In this document: one piece after another, positions 51,378 to 64,000 of the stretch
How positions within the stretch are numbered: position 1 is the stretch's first letter
Layout: each line of letters starts with the position of its first letter
Source of the DNA: Phallusia mammillata
Taxonomy: Eukaryota
DNA: 64,000 nucleotides
NCBI GenBank assembly: GCA_965637545.1
Contig: OZ281497.1
Span: 1,054,001-1,118,000, forward strand
Direction of reading: 5' to 3'
The notes under the pieces: generated by a model
The model's database searches: none
What the model was told of the DNA's origin: nothing
The model's input: only the letters and a program-made list of their open reading frames with translations
Made by a program: the position numbers and the translations under genes

Positions 51378-54300
51378 TCATCCCTGAGGAGGAGTGGATG
51401 AGGAGGATAACTTGCTCTTCTCCCACTCTGCTCCTCCCACTCCTCCTCCGCTGGCTGAGTGCCAGCTTAGAGAGGAGACAACCTCTTTCATGGCATGATA
51501 GATGATGTTCTTCAGTTGCAGCTTGTCCTCGTGATTTGAGTGAGCGGATGAAAGATGTCGAAACTCCTCCATGAGTTTGTAACATTTGTCGACATGCTCC
51601 GGAGAAACAAAGTCCTCTGCTACTTTGATGCAGCTGTGGAGGTTGAAAACCTGGAAGCAAAAAGCAAAGATGTCAAAAAGCTGCATAAAGTTTTAAACAT
51701 GTAAGTGTGATAAAATCATTGGCTGTTTCAGAACACAAAGCACGGTTCTGAAGAGTTTGAGCAAGCCAGTATTTGAAAGTAAGACATCGTTCGTTCGCAT
51801 AAAAACAGCTTTTAGAAACCACGGTGCCTAAATTTTCCAAACTCCAACTCAATTTCTAAGACAATGCTTTCCCAATCGAGGCAAATTATGTGTGTCATTA
51901 GCATCAATTACCACAAAAATCAAATGATCAATTTCCACAAAGGAAATGGCATGAAAAACATCATATTGAGGCAGACTTATTACCTGGTGAGGTGCACCAG
52001 CAGGGATAAACACGCTGTCTCCTTCACATTGAACAATCGGGAATGATTCGACCCGGTACTCGTCTAATAATCGCTTGCGGAGTTTCTTGTCAAGGTAAAC
52101 TTGCTGGTCATGAATGGGGTCATGGTCGTCCGATACAATCACACCATTCTCAGCTTTTACCTGCAGCAAAATTAGGGTTGTTACATGAGATGGTGGTAGT
52201 AGGCTACTTTGTAATATCCACTGGTGGCAATGGCACAGAATTTATTCTTACAACTGACTTTATTTACTTACACAGAGCACACAAAAAGAGTTGCTTTTGA
52301 AAATGATTCTGTTTTAATGCAAAGCCAATCTGTGAAAATTGTAAAAATACATGAATATTTCTATAGATCATGTATAGAAAACTAACAGACTAAACTAACT
52401 GGATTTTCCAAACATTTAAAACCGACAAACATAACAGGATTGATTTAATTACAGTATTGTGTTCTTTCATTGTTTTTTTTCCTATTTATGGATGTAATCA
52501 TAATCAATTGCTGTAGTTTTTCTTACAGCTTGCATCATAATATACACAGCAGTATTTCTACACCATAGAAAAGTATGTTATGCAGTTTTACCTTTAAAAT
52601 GAGACTCCTGATTTTATCAGTGTCTGAAGCTTTGAAAATATGCCACAGCGCTCCAGGTTTGTGATGCTTCACTCGCTCGATCTGGGAATCATCCACATCT
52701 CCCTCCTTGATTATCTGCAAAATAACAAGAGATTGTGTCAGAAAAACTCATTCTGGGTCAGCAAAATTATGTTCAAATTGTGGTTTTTAAATTTGCAATT
52801 GTACAGAATATTCAGTGCCAAACACATATAACTAACCTAGGACCTGACCTGGTTATTTTTTCAGCCACTTTTACCATTATTTATGTTGTTAATTCCAAGT
52901 TAACACAATTATGATCAAGAGTTCTCAGTCTCAACTACATGCAACTTTACTTTGGACGTGATCTATCGACCGGTGGTGGTATTCAGCCAGTTCGCACCGG
53001 TTGTATAGAACCGTCTAACGAAATTTTATGAAATCAGCGAACCGGTTAGCATTACTGGTTACTGTCAATTGACTTTTTGTAACAAACTGAGACTTTTGTC
53101 ATAGAACGGACTGGCAACAAATTTCAATTCCACCACGGCTTTCGACCACTTTTAGCCTTATTCATGTTGTTCAGAGCCTTTCCATGTTACAATCTTTCAC
53201 TAAAGCCCCAAATAGTCAATAAATTTAGCATTTTAGTTTTAAACACTGTTGCCACAACCTATGTAATATTCTAACAAAGTTATATCCCCATTGTGCTTAT
53301 GTTGTGATTTTGTGTGTTTCGCTCTCAACGCACCTTGAGCAAAGTTTCTACTGCTCCTTCTGGTTCATCTTTAGGAACTCCAACATACACCATAAGATTG
53401 CAAGCATCGGAAATATCAAGATGAAGGTTCGTCGTTCCCTGGCTCCAATCCTCCTCGGTGACCCAACCTGACCAAGACAAGCATCCAGTTAAACACAAAT
53501 CAACGTGAAACAGTAGGTGCTCAAAACATAAGCGTAACACATGCAAATTATATTTGTCGGACAATCAACTCATATAACAAAAATAGTGTTAATGTACTCT
53601 GTATTAAATCCACACACACAAATTTTCCTGTACAGGCCTGTATTGTACTGTACCGAGCCCTTCAAAGAATTGTAAAAAAATTGTTGGCAGATTGTGCATG
53701 AAGCATAAGTAAGAGACACATGCGAATTATATTTGTGGGACAATCAACTTGTAGGCGCAATAAACTAAAAGTGTAAATATACTTTGTTTAAAATCAACCA
53801 AAAAAATCAGATTTTGAAACAGGACTGTATTGTACGGCACCAAATCAGTGATTAGAATACCTTTCAATATATTAAACAAACATTTTTTGGCAGTTTTGGC
53901 ATTAAAACATGGCACACATCAGATGTCAATTTATGAAACATACCAATCAGTTAGTAACAATGTTAAGTGTCATTATGTATTGTCTTCATAAAAAAGACTC
54001 ATGAGCAAGACCTACATGAAGCCAGTGATCATACAGCATTGTTCTAATTATGAATTTCTTAGTCTGTATTTCCTTGTTACTGCACATCATAATTTGCTTA
54101 CATAAGCGAGACACACATGACAATCATAATTGTGTGGATAAGACTTTAGATCAGGGGTTCCCAACCTGTGGTACGCGTGCCACTAGTGGTACGCGAAGGT
54201 TTTTCAGGTGGTACGCGAGTAGATTCTGTTTTTTTCACAAAAAAATGGATTTACAACTTCATATTTTGTTTATCTGGTTTTGTTTACCAAAATTATTTCC

Positions 54301-57300
54301 CTAAGCTTATTCTTATGTTACGTAACTACTCCTGTTGTTTCGTATCATTACGATCTACAAACTACACGTCATGTCAATTGTCAACAAGAAGCACATTTGC
54401 TTCAAAAAAACGTTCAATGCTGTTCGACAATAGGCGTTAATTATCTCAAGCAGCGAAAATGCATGTAACAAAAATCTCATTAAATTTAGTTGTGGTGCTT
54501 TAGTGTTGTTTTAGTAGGACAATATTATTCTTCTCCATTCAATATGATTCGAACAGATTAGTTGTTCTGTGCAATGTGGTATGCGTGGCAGTAACAGAGC
54601 GTCCAAGTGGTACGAGATCGTAAAAAGGTCGGGAACCCCTGCTTTAGAGCACGACTTCCATGGAGTCAGTGATTATAAAGTATTGTTCTAATTATGAATT
54701 TCTTAGTCTGTATTTCCTTGTTACTTGTTACTTGTTACTGCACATTACAGTGTTGCTTACCATATGCGATGTACATCTTCGGGCCGAGATCCGGACGAAC
54801 AAAGAAGTCAGGAAGATGAGCGGCGATGTTGAACTTTCCATCTCGTGCAGTGTAAGGGGAAAGAGGAAGAGCACTCATCAGATCCTGTGGAAGAAGAAGA
54901 TGCAGAATGAGGATCAGTTTACATAAAAAAATGGAAAGAATGTATTATCACCAGTGGTGGGACTCAAAATTTGTTGTCAGCTGGTTCTATCACAAAAGTC
55001 ATATTTTCAGCGGGATCTGTTACAACAACTCCATTGACAGTAACCAGTAATTCTGACCGGTTCGCTGATCTCATAAAATTTTGTAAGACGGTTCTATAGA
55101 ACGGGTTCGAACCTGCTGAATCCCACCACTGCCTGTCACTGTTTTTTTGGCAAACATCACTCGATAGTAAACTGTACAAGCATTAAACCTGCTTTCTGAT
55201 AGGGTGTTTATTAGGCACATAGTGCTTTAGTTTGCAAACGAGAAACAGATAAAGAATGCATGTTGCTGTTTGTTGGTAAACATGACATTGTATCGATAAT
55301 AAAAAGTTGCACAAGCATAAAAATCTTATCTTTATGATGGTGGAGCATTTTAATTTAACATCTGCACACATGTGGACATTGAATACTTTTTTAAAAGTTG
55401 CATTCCAAAATTTTACTCACATCAAACATAGCTGGCATCGTGTCGATGAAATCTTCGGTGGTCGGCCAATCCTTCAACTTTAAAATCATTTTCTCTCCAC
55501 TTTCTTCATCCACCAAACGATCTGCAAGTTATCAATTCAGATTGTCACAAAGTGAGTCAATTATCATTGAGTTTACAAATAAAGATTTTCATTCTTTTGT
55601 AAATGACAAATGCAGGCCAATTTTAAGAACGGGCAGGTAATTACTACTTCTACTTTAGCATCATTTATTTTGTAACAATGCCTTTGTTAAAACCATTGTT
55701 TTATGGCCCAAAAATGCACAGATCAGTTTCAAGTTGTTGTTTTTTCTCTGGTATGTTTGTGATGAATCACTAGTCTTGACAATTTAGATTTTAACTTTAT
55801 TTAGATGTTAATTTTCACCCAAATGTTTCAGTTTACACAAGTAAACATTTTTCACCTTTAATGGATTCAAATCCATTCCAGAAATCTTTTATGTAAGCAT
55901 TTGTGATGACCGACCCTTTCCTGCAGTTGATGAGAGCGTTACGTGTCGGTTCATCACCATGTTCGGCACAAATTGTGTCCGGTTTCCACAAATCACGATT
56001 CAAATACTTGGTGGCGCCAGAGGAAACAACAGGCTGCGTAGAAACAAACGTGACTCAAACAATCATGCATTGGTAAAACGCAATACAGGCAGACAACAAA
56101 CTTTTTTAAACCATCATGTTAATAAAGAGACCAGGCTACTTTTGGGTTATTGTGATTAAAATGTAATTTATTAGGATATTTCATTTCTGCTGCAACTGTT
56201 TTTAACTTTAAATTTTTATATATTTTGCGTATTAGGATATTTTTATTTATGTACAACTGTTTTCAACTTTAAATTTGTATACTTTGGGGGCTTTAGGATT
56301 ATTCTATTTTATTTCTTGTGCAATTTTTTATTTTCTCTCTTTTAAACTTTAAACCCATGAAAACCACAATACAGCACTTCACCCCTCACTATTTCCTAAA
56401 TTGTGTAACAGCAATTCACAACAAGCACTCACCATTCCACAGAACCAGTGCATCTGGAAATTATCGATATCAACACGAGGTGAAGGGTCGGTTAATTTGG
56501 GGAGTTCCCCATTGCAGAACCACGATCTCGACAGATGTGAGGGAATCTTCGGCGGAACTAAACAAGAAATGGCAACATATTAATTCAGCAGTAATGTTTG
56601 CTAGAAACCTTATGGGTTATCTGTTGAACCAGTGGTTCCCAACAGGGAAGAATTGATTGTAATTTTTACATGTGGTTTGTAAACATACATTTAAGCTCTG
56701 GGAATATAACCTATGAAGTTGATAAAAGACTCATTTTTAAATGATCTTTGTATGCATCTACTGTAGTCTATGAGGGAAGAATGGAAATGTTTTTAATTGT
56801 TAAGGGAGGAATTCATCAAAAACGTTGGGAACCACTGCATTAAACTACGTATATGCTGGAATCAGCAAAGATTTCACAATTTCAGGTCCAACAGTATAAA
56901 TATCTAGCTAATATAATTTAGTTCACAGAAATTAACAAATCCATACTCAAAGAAACTGAATCCTGTAATTACTAGGTATTATGAACAGTCATATTATGGA
57001 CACCAACCTGGCATTTTGATTGCTACTTGTTGTTCAACTTCGAGTCTTTCAGTGGATGCTGGTTTTTCCTCACTAAATCAAACACAAGTTTGTTACCAGC
57101 AAAAGTAACTGGAATTTTTTCAAAACTTTATGCTGTAACATGCTTGTTGACAAACACTCGAGTTAATGTGATAGCTAAGTTGTATAACAACTGGCACCTT
57201 ACACAGTAGAGCCAACTATTTTCAATCAAACACAAGTTTGTTACAAGCAAAAGTAACCAGATATTTTTGAGTGTTCAGTTTAAAATGAGATTGGTATTAT

Positions 57301-60300
57301 AGCACATGTTTGTTGAAAAACACTGGAGTTTATGGGATAACTAGATAATTGAAGAGTTTATGCGATAGTTCTCTACCAACTGTCAACTTACACAGCAGAG
57401 TTGGGTTTTACAGGTGGGGATGACTTGCGTTGTTCACGGAGAGCGATGCTCGCCAACCAATCAAGCGGGGAGGCCGAACTTTCGCAGTCATAACTCTTGA
57501 AACGGCTGTAACAAAATTAATAGTCAGTATTTGTGACAATTGTCATTCCATGAAAGCATTATGCCTACCAGAGAAACATTACATTTATGTGTATTTGTTA
57601 TGACATTATTAGTGTTAGGTAACAGATCAGGAAGTTGTGCTTACTTGTCGCGATTTTGCTGAAGATTTTTCGGATCATTTTTCCCAGGACCTGGTTTAGC
57701 TGAATTATGCGTCAACATTTCATCTGAAAATGAAACAAATGTCAATCAAAAACCGAAAAACATTCAGCATTTGTTAGGGATGGCCTGAGTCGCCCAAAAT
57801 GACCAGAGCATTAAAATTGCATGTTCATGACCTGCTAACATTTCGAAAGAAGCACAAAATTGACTGTTTTTTTGTCAAAATTGAAACCATGCGAAATTTG
57901 TATTGTGTCTCTATTACTAGTCACCCAGTTAACTGAGATTAAATTTCACAACATACAGACGAACTCACTGTGACAATGATTCTTCAGAAGAGGAGTAGGA
58001 TTGGAAGATCTGGATGCGAGAAGCGATGCAGAAGTTTTCTTACACCGACATTGTGAACCAATGTTCCACTTGGCACGAGCTTGATGAGCCATTTCACACA
58101 AATCGAACAGACAGGTGCTGGAAGGAAAATTAAGTTGATTACTCTCATTGTTTGGGCAAAAGTTATAATTCACAGACATAGAGTGTCAGTTCGATGTTTT
58201 TGATGCATACTTCTGGGGCCTGTACAGATTAATACACAGATGGTAGCGTAAGGGACCTTGGATAGAACTAGCATGAAATTGGTACAGAACATTTGCGGTT
58301 CTAGCCCATCCCTACTTTCAACTATTTTGTGACACAGAAAACCTAAATAGCACTGATAGTTAACATTGAAAAGTTTACATTGAGGTGTGTGATTGTTACC
58401 TTGGAATAATTTGTGTGGGCATCAGATGAAGCGGGAGGTGGTGCTTTCCCTTCGTACATCTCATCCATCGGTACAAGTTGTTCTTGTCACTGTCATATGC
58501 TTCAAGCTCTGCATATGTTCAGAGAAAATACAGTCAAGCATTTTACAAACAAATACCACATAATCATCTACTGCAAATTCAAGTGCCAGTAACTTCAGCT
58601 ATCACTAACTAAAAGTTATCATTAATCAGATGGTAATAAAAAATTGGCAGCAAAAAAAGTTGAAGGCATCATCCATTTAACAATAAATTTGCTGCACACT
58701 AAGCACTGGATATCCAATTAGGTGGTAAGTTTTTGGCATTGATATAGAAAACTCAAGATTTTACTTATAAAAATTTTACAAAATTATTATTAAACGCAAA
58801 ACGCTTTTAAAGTTTGAACTGCTTAACCTATTTTACAGTTAACACAAATAGTTCTACATTTTAAATCATTTTTAATGCGGTAAGCTTCCCAGGAAAATGT
58901 ACGCCAACTTTAGGAACTGCCCGCCTGTCTAGTCATCTACTAAGTTTGACTTTCTGCCCTTACCTTCTTTTGTCATAGCTCTTCTTGTGTTGAAACAATC
59001 ACAACAGACACCGAAACCACATTTGGGGCAGACCCAGTGTAGATTGAACAACGTTGTCTCACAAGCGTCACACATTTCCCTCACTCCTGTCACTGGACGT
59101 TTCCAGCAAACAACAGCTGCAAATCAAAATTTTTAAAGTTGAAAAAATGGCTTTTTAAGTATATGTATGACCTAAAACTAATCATCCAAAAGTGTGACAC
59201 GAATATAATACCTGCAATTTTGTACCATTAAAACAATAAATAGTTAAATTTATTAAATTAGGGAGATTTTTGACTACTATTTTTTGCAATTAAGGGTCAC
59301 ATTGATATAAGGGTTACTACAATTTAAAATTTTTAGACTAAATCTGACCAAACACCACACCTTCTCTGTGAACTTTCACCAGTGCTTCTTTCTCTTCATG
59401 GACCAGCTCACAAAACTGACCACCGATGTGACTCATGATGTACTTGCAAGCTTCAAGGTCAAGTGATGGTTGCACGCCGCCCTTCGCTCCCGCTGTCAGC
59501 TTTAGTTGCTCGTTGTACGTCGGAAGCCACAGAGATAAGTCCTGATGTTCACTGTCTTCTGGATCACAGAAACCAGCTGCTTGAAGTTGGCCATTAACAA
59601 ATGCAAGTCTGCAGAAAAACATGAGATGATGACAACAGTACGTAAAGTGATTGTAAGAGCACAATTGTATAAAAAAAAAGATCATTTTATAAAACAGTGA
59701 TCGCATGTCTCAATAACTCCTTGCTATAAAAGCATTAATCTTAAGCAACTTTTAGATCTAGCCACTGTTACAAGCAAACCCATCAAGATAGTCTTTATTT
59801 AGGTTGCTTTCAACAATGCAAACTGATATAGTAAAACTGTGTCATAAGCATGTTATATGGTATTTATGGTCTTACACAGAACACTTACTTTCTAAAGTGG
59901 TAGAACCTGCAGAATATTGTTGTGTTTTCCTTTCGTTTTATGCTCCTGCATTCCCTGCACTTGGGGATTGTGGTCGAACCGTTAGTCGAAGTTTGGATTG
60001 TGATGCCAGAAATTGCTGCAAGTAACAAATAAAACTTAACATTATGAAGCAAAGTTGTCAGCCATTACCATGCTATATTCAGTACTGTTTATATCCATTG
60101 AATAAAGTTTTTTGTCTTGTCGTTCCTTTAATTTTATTTGCGACTGATTGTGTTTTAGTGGCAAGGCTCATAAGACACTTGTCTTTACTTAACTTGGTAC
60201 TATTCAAAGCATTCTGAAGTATTTGCATTTTACAAAAAAAACACAGAACTGAGTGCAACTACGTACCAGATATTTCGTGGCAAGCTGCATCTTGCATGAA

Positions 60301-62205
60301 ATGTTCTCCCGATCGCTTCAATCTTGCTTGTTCCTTCTTGCAATAAAGGATTGACATCGGTAAACCATCTGCAAAGAAATCATTGTTCAAAGCAGGAGAA
60401 ACAACCATTAAATTGCCATTTCAATATCACAGAGTTTTTACATGTTTTACAGGAAAATAAGATTATTCCTATTGTGTCTAACAATAATACAAACAGTTTC
60501 TCCATTGAGTTTATCCAGATCGAGCAGAAAACAAGTTATGGTTGTAAAGACTGAAGTAACATAACACAACAACATACTTTCTCCCAGTGGCATTTCTGTC
60601 ACTTCCTTCTTCTTTGAATGATTTTTCTTCTTATTTTTCTTCCCATCATCGTTTTCCCCGCTCTGCTCTGCATCATTTCCATCAGCAACCTCCTCTTCTG
60701 AGTTGGATTGTTTCAGGGAGTTCAGGAGACCCAGAAGATACTTTTTGCTGTTTGAGAAGGAGCACTTCATCTTCCCAGCCTTGCTTCCCTTAATATCATC
60801 AACTTCAAACTTCGCATCTTCTGCTTCCTGTTTCTCAGCAGCCATTGGAGGAGACATATCACTTCCATGTTCCGGAGACTTCTTCATCTTTTTTGGCTCC
60901 TTGTCTTTGTGCTTGCGTTTCTTTTTGTTTGGGTCCTTAGGCTTTTTGTCCTTGTCTTTATCCTGCTTCCGGTGCTTCTTCTTTGGCTTTTTCATCAGCG
61001 GAGGAGCAAGAGGGTCTTCCGGAGTCTTTGCCTCATCAGAAGGAGTTTTTACCGACTCCTGATTGGTCAGAGTTTGGTCAGGTGATGGAGAACTGCAAAC
61101 ATCACCAGAGTTTCTGCGTTTTAATGGTTTGTTTGCTGGAGAGCGCGGTGAGTCATCCGATTCATCGGACATTCGCTGCATCCATGCTTTCTTCAATTTG
61201 GGGCAGTTAGCAGGTTTTGTGCCTGGGGTGGGAGCAACAGCAGTTGGTGGGACAACTTCTGGGGTGGGTGGTTGAGTTTTGCTTGATGCCGAACCACATG
61301 AGAAGTCGGAAATGCTTGAGGCATCCGAGCTTGGACTGACAGCGACTGTCCCGGTCGGGGTTTTGGGTTTTACTTCTGGAGCGTTAGTTGTATCCATCAC
61401 AAGGGTCCTGGGCTTGTCAAGGTTGTTTGGAGCTGACACAATCACAGGGGTACTCACAGTGGGGGGAATAGGGGCAGCTGCTTGGGGTTTGGAACTTAAG
61501 TTCATCGGGGTAAGGTCATCCTGGCTCGCTGAGTTTGGCGGAGTGACTTTGTTCTCTTGCTTTTGTGCCACATGTGGTGGAAGAGTCATGGTTGGAGCTT
61601 GAGACTGATGAATACTTTCTCCATTCATGTGCACAGGAGGAGGATGTGACCTCACTGGCTCACGTTTTAAACCAAGCAAAGCATCTTTAAGGGCATGTTT
61701 GCTTGGGGCGCCGGGATACTGCCCATCAGTTCCCGATGTACCCCACACAATACTGGAAGGGGCGATATGCAATAACCCAGCTTGTGCAAGGCCTGTTAGA
61801 TGTGGGTCCTTGCCACCACCTGGAAGAAAGTGACGCATAATGTTTGCTGATCCCATCTGCTGCATCTGCTTTTCGTCTGCAGTCAGTTGTTGAACATCTG
61901 GACACGGCTTTTTCTGCACTGAAGCCACATCATTTTCTTGATTAACTCGCTTGCGATTGTTTTTGTCAGATTCTACTTCTGGGATCTCAGATTTGATTAT
62001 CGGCTGGTTTTTAATTTCCTGGTGAACTGGGACAGGGGAAGATCTTGGAATAGTTTCGGGGTGTTTAGGATACACAACATGACTAGGTCTGCTCGAAGCT
62101 GAGGTCTGGATGCTGTCATTGTTGCCATGGACTTCTGTGACCTTGTAATGACCTCCATTGATGATCACTGAGTTTGCTTGCTTCTGCGGTGATTGCTGTT
62201 GCTGC

Positions 62206-62251
<46 letters not shown>

Positions 62252-64000
62252 GCTGTAGTTGGTGTTGTAGTTGTTGCTGTAGTTGGTGTTGTTGTAGTGG
62301 TTGCTGAGGCTTTGTCTCGTTCGGTTTGGGGAATCGATACAACTGACTCAATGCATTGGGACTAAGTATCCTTGCATGGCTGCCATCTTGCATTAATGGA
62401 CCGACCTCGTCTAGGTTCTCTACTGCAGCAGGTGGCTTGTGATTCGCTGCATCTCTTTCACTGATATACTTCACAGGTTGGGGGTAAGAAGTTGCAGCCT
62501 TCATAGGAATACCCTTCTCTGGGTGAATCCCCCCTGCATGAATATCATCAGTTGATGTTTTCGGGGATGGCAACTTCTGCCCTGACGGACTGTACTTCAG
62601 TGATTTGATGTTTATAACTGAAGGCTGGGGTGGGACTGTGCTCGGCAAAGATTTTCCAGTTTGTGCCACCACTAGGGGGTGTGGTACTCCCCCAGCAGTG
62701 TGAGAGTAGCTCACATAAGGCCATGTTGGGTAAGCAGCTGGACTAGAAGTTGCTTGTGGTGGAGGCATTGGCGGTTTCTTAATGGCACGCTTTGGTGAAG
62801 TTCTTCTGTCTCGAGCTTCTTCTTTAGGTGATTCTGTGACAACCGGTGGCTGCCAAGTCCTGCAACTGCTTGCCACTGCATAAGTAGGCACAGAAGTAGG
62901 TGGAGTAGGTCTGCTTCGGTCTGGTGTTGATGCTGTTGGTTGCATGCTGCTCCTCACAGTCTCCTGCAGGGCACCGTTTGCTTTTGCGTCATCGAAGAGA
63001 TACTGAGCTGCTCTGGCAACATACGTAGCAGGGTCAATCTTGCCGAAGGGACTATTAGTGAGATGACCTGGTTTATCCAACCACGGACGTGCATGGGAGT
63101 TTTCCACTGGGTTTTCTACTTTCGGAATTCTTTGTTCCGGTTGCCGCGCTTGCGCTACCACCGTTACTTGCTTGTTTTCCACAGGGTTGGTTTTGTATTT
63201 CTGCAACGGAAAAGAAAGTGAGGATGTGTTGAAATGTAAACATATTCTTTGCACGCTCTTTCCAAGAACTATAGTGGTTTAATATTTAACCCCATAATTA
63301 TTTGAGTGGGTTCTTGTGGGAGGTGCCTTAAACAAATACAACTAACTCAGTTAATAGTTAACTCAAGTAAACCTGGAGCAGGGAGAAGTTCCTCAGCATA
63401 AATTTAAGTGCACTTTGACATTTAAAGCTGCTACACTTAAAAATACACATTGACCACTATTTTTTAGGATTGATATGATCAGGGCTGGTTTAACACTATC
63501 AATTACAGTTTAACCATTTTCTATCTCTTTGCTATAAATTTCCGGCAATTTTTAGGGATGGTTTTGTTCCTAAATGACCACTAAATAACAGGGCTAGTTT
63601 AACACCATCAGTTACGCTTTAACGATTTTCTAGCTCTACACTGTTTGTAGTTGGCAATTTTTTAGCGATGGTTTTGTCAACAGACTAACTAACAGAAGGA
63701 TTAATTTTAAAACGCAAACTTACATTTTTCCATCTTTCTTCCTTCATCTTTGCCTCTGCCTCCAACTTCATCATTGACTTCCTCTGCTCCTCATGGAGGA
63801 TCCTCTTCTCCTCCTCCTGGATGCGGAGGATCCTCTCTCTCTCCTCCATGAGGACAGACGGGTGATCCCTGGATGCAGGGTGATGCGGGGACATGTTACG
63901 ACTGGGTGAGTAGTGAACTGCTCTGCCCCGTTCAACTCCCTGGGATTCCTGGGGTCTGCGTGGGGTCATCGTTTTCACCAGTGGGGGCGGAGGTTGGGTG
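51378..64000 (-). CDS. KDM3: KDM3/JMJD1-family JmjC histone demethylase (5' end outside window)
   Basis: JmjC motifs [80 protein letters not shown]; zinc-binding motifs [15 protein letters not shown] and [30 protein letters not shown]; large disordered exon ~60550-63200; stop at 51378-51380. Confidence 0.95.
52971..53138. mobile_element. hAT MITE family C (reverse orientation)
   Basis: Ends cggtggtggtatt / aattccaccacgg; TSD ctatcgac / ctttcgac; interior matches 37198-37377 inverted. Confidence 0.85.
54152..54641. mobile_element. hAT (Charlie-like) MITE
   Basis: TIRs caggggttcccaac / gtcgggaacccctg; TSD ctttagat / ctttagag; subterminal gtggtacg repeats. Confidence 0.9.
54952..55131. mobile_element. 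hAT MITE family C
   Basis: cagtggtgggact / aatcccaccactg; interior homologous to 37198-37377; TSD partly degenerate. Confidence 0.85.
56630..56837. mobile_element. hAT MITE family B
   Basis: cagtggttcccaac / gttgggaaccactg; homologous to 31476-31701. Confidence 0.8.
57775..58314. mobile_element. Possible older TAGGGATG-ended hAT MITE
   Basis: tagggatggc / cccatcccta ends; no recognisable TSD. Confidence 0.4.
62193..62306 (-). repeat. CAA/CAG polyglutamine tract in KDM3
   Basis: [25 protein letters not shown] in the 935-aa ORF; (TTG)n run on the + strand. Confidence 0.95.

Overview
AT-rich, gene-dense eukaryotic DNA with short GT-AG introns and animal-type housekeeping genes. It most resembles a compact invertebrate chordate (ascidian/tunicate) genome; that taxon call is inference. 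Ten protein-coding genes can be assembled by hand: (1) a minus-strand, ~17-exon gene joining a non-RD RIPK-like kinase, an exon-duplicated acidic repeat linker and a C-terminal Kelch propeller (293-8476), (2) a KIAA0232 homolog, (3) TTC1, (4) INTS14, (5) MIPEP, (6) LLPH, (7) a divergent class II ARF, (8) PPP4R3/SMEK, (9) RPP38 and (10) the 3' part of a KDM3/JMJD1 demethylase that runs off the window end. Non-coding DNA holds many non-autonomous DNA transposons: several hAT MITE families with 8-bp TSDs, a nested foldback element with a 9-bp TSD, and short AATAAA(CTCAA)n-tailed repeats. There are also two Penelope-type minimal hammerhead ribozyme motifs. Most interesting: the kinase-Kelch fusion and its evolving linker, a well-formed hammerhead motif in an INTS14 intron, and the near-zero RPP38-PPP4R3 spacer suggesting a polycistronic operon. 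All exon models come from manual reading without RNA evidence.
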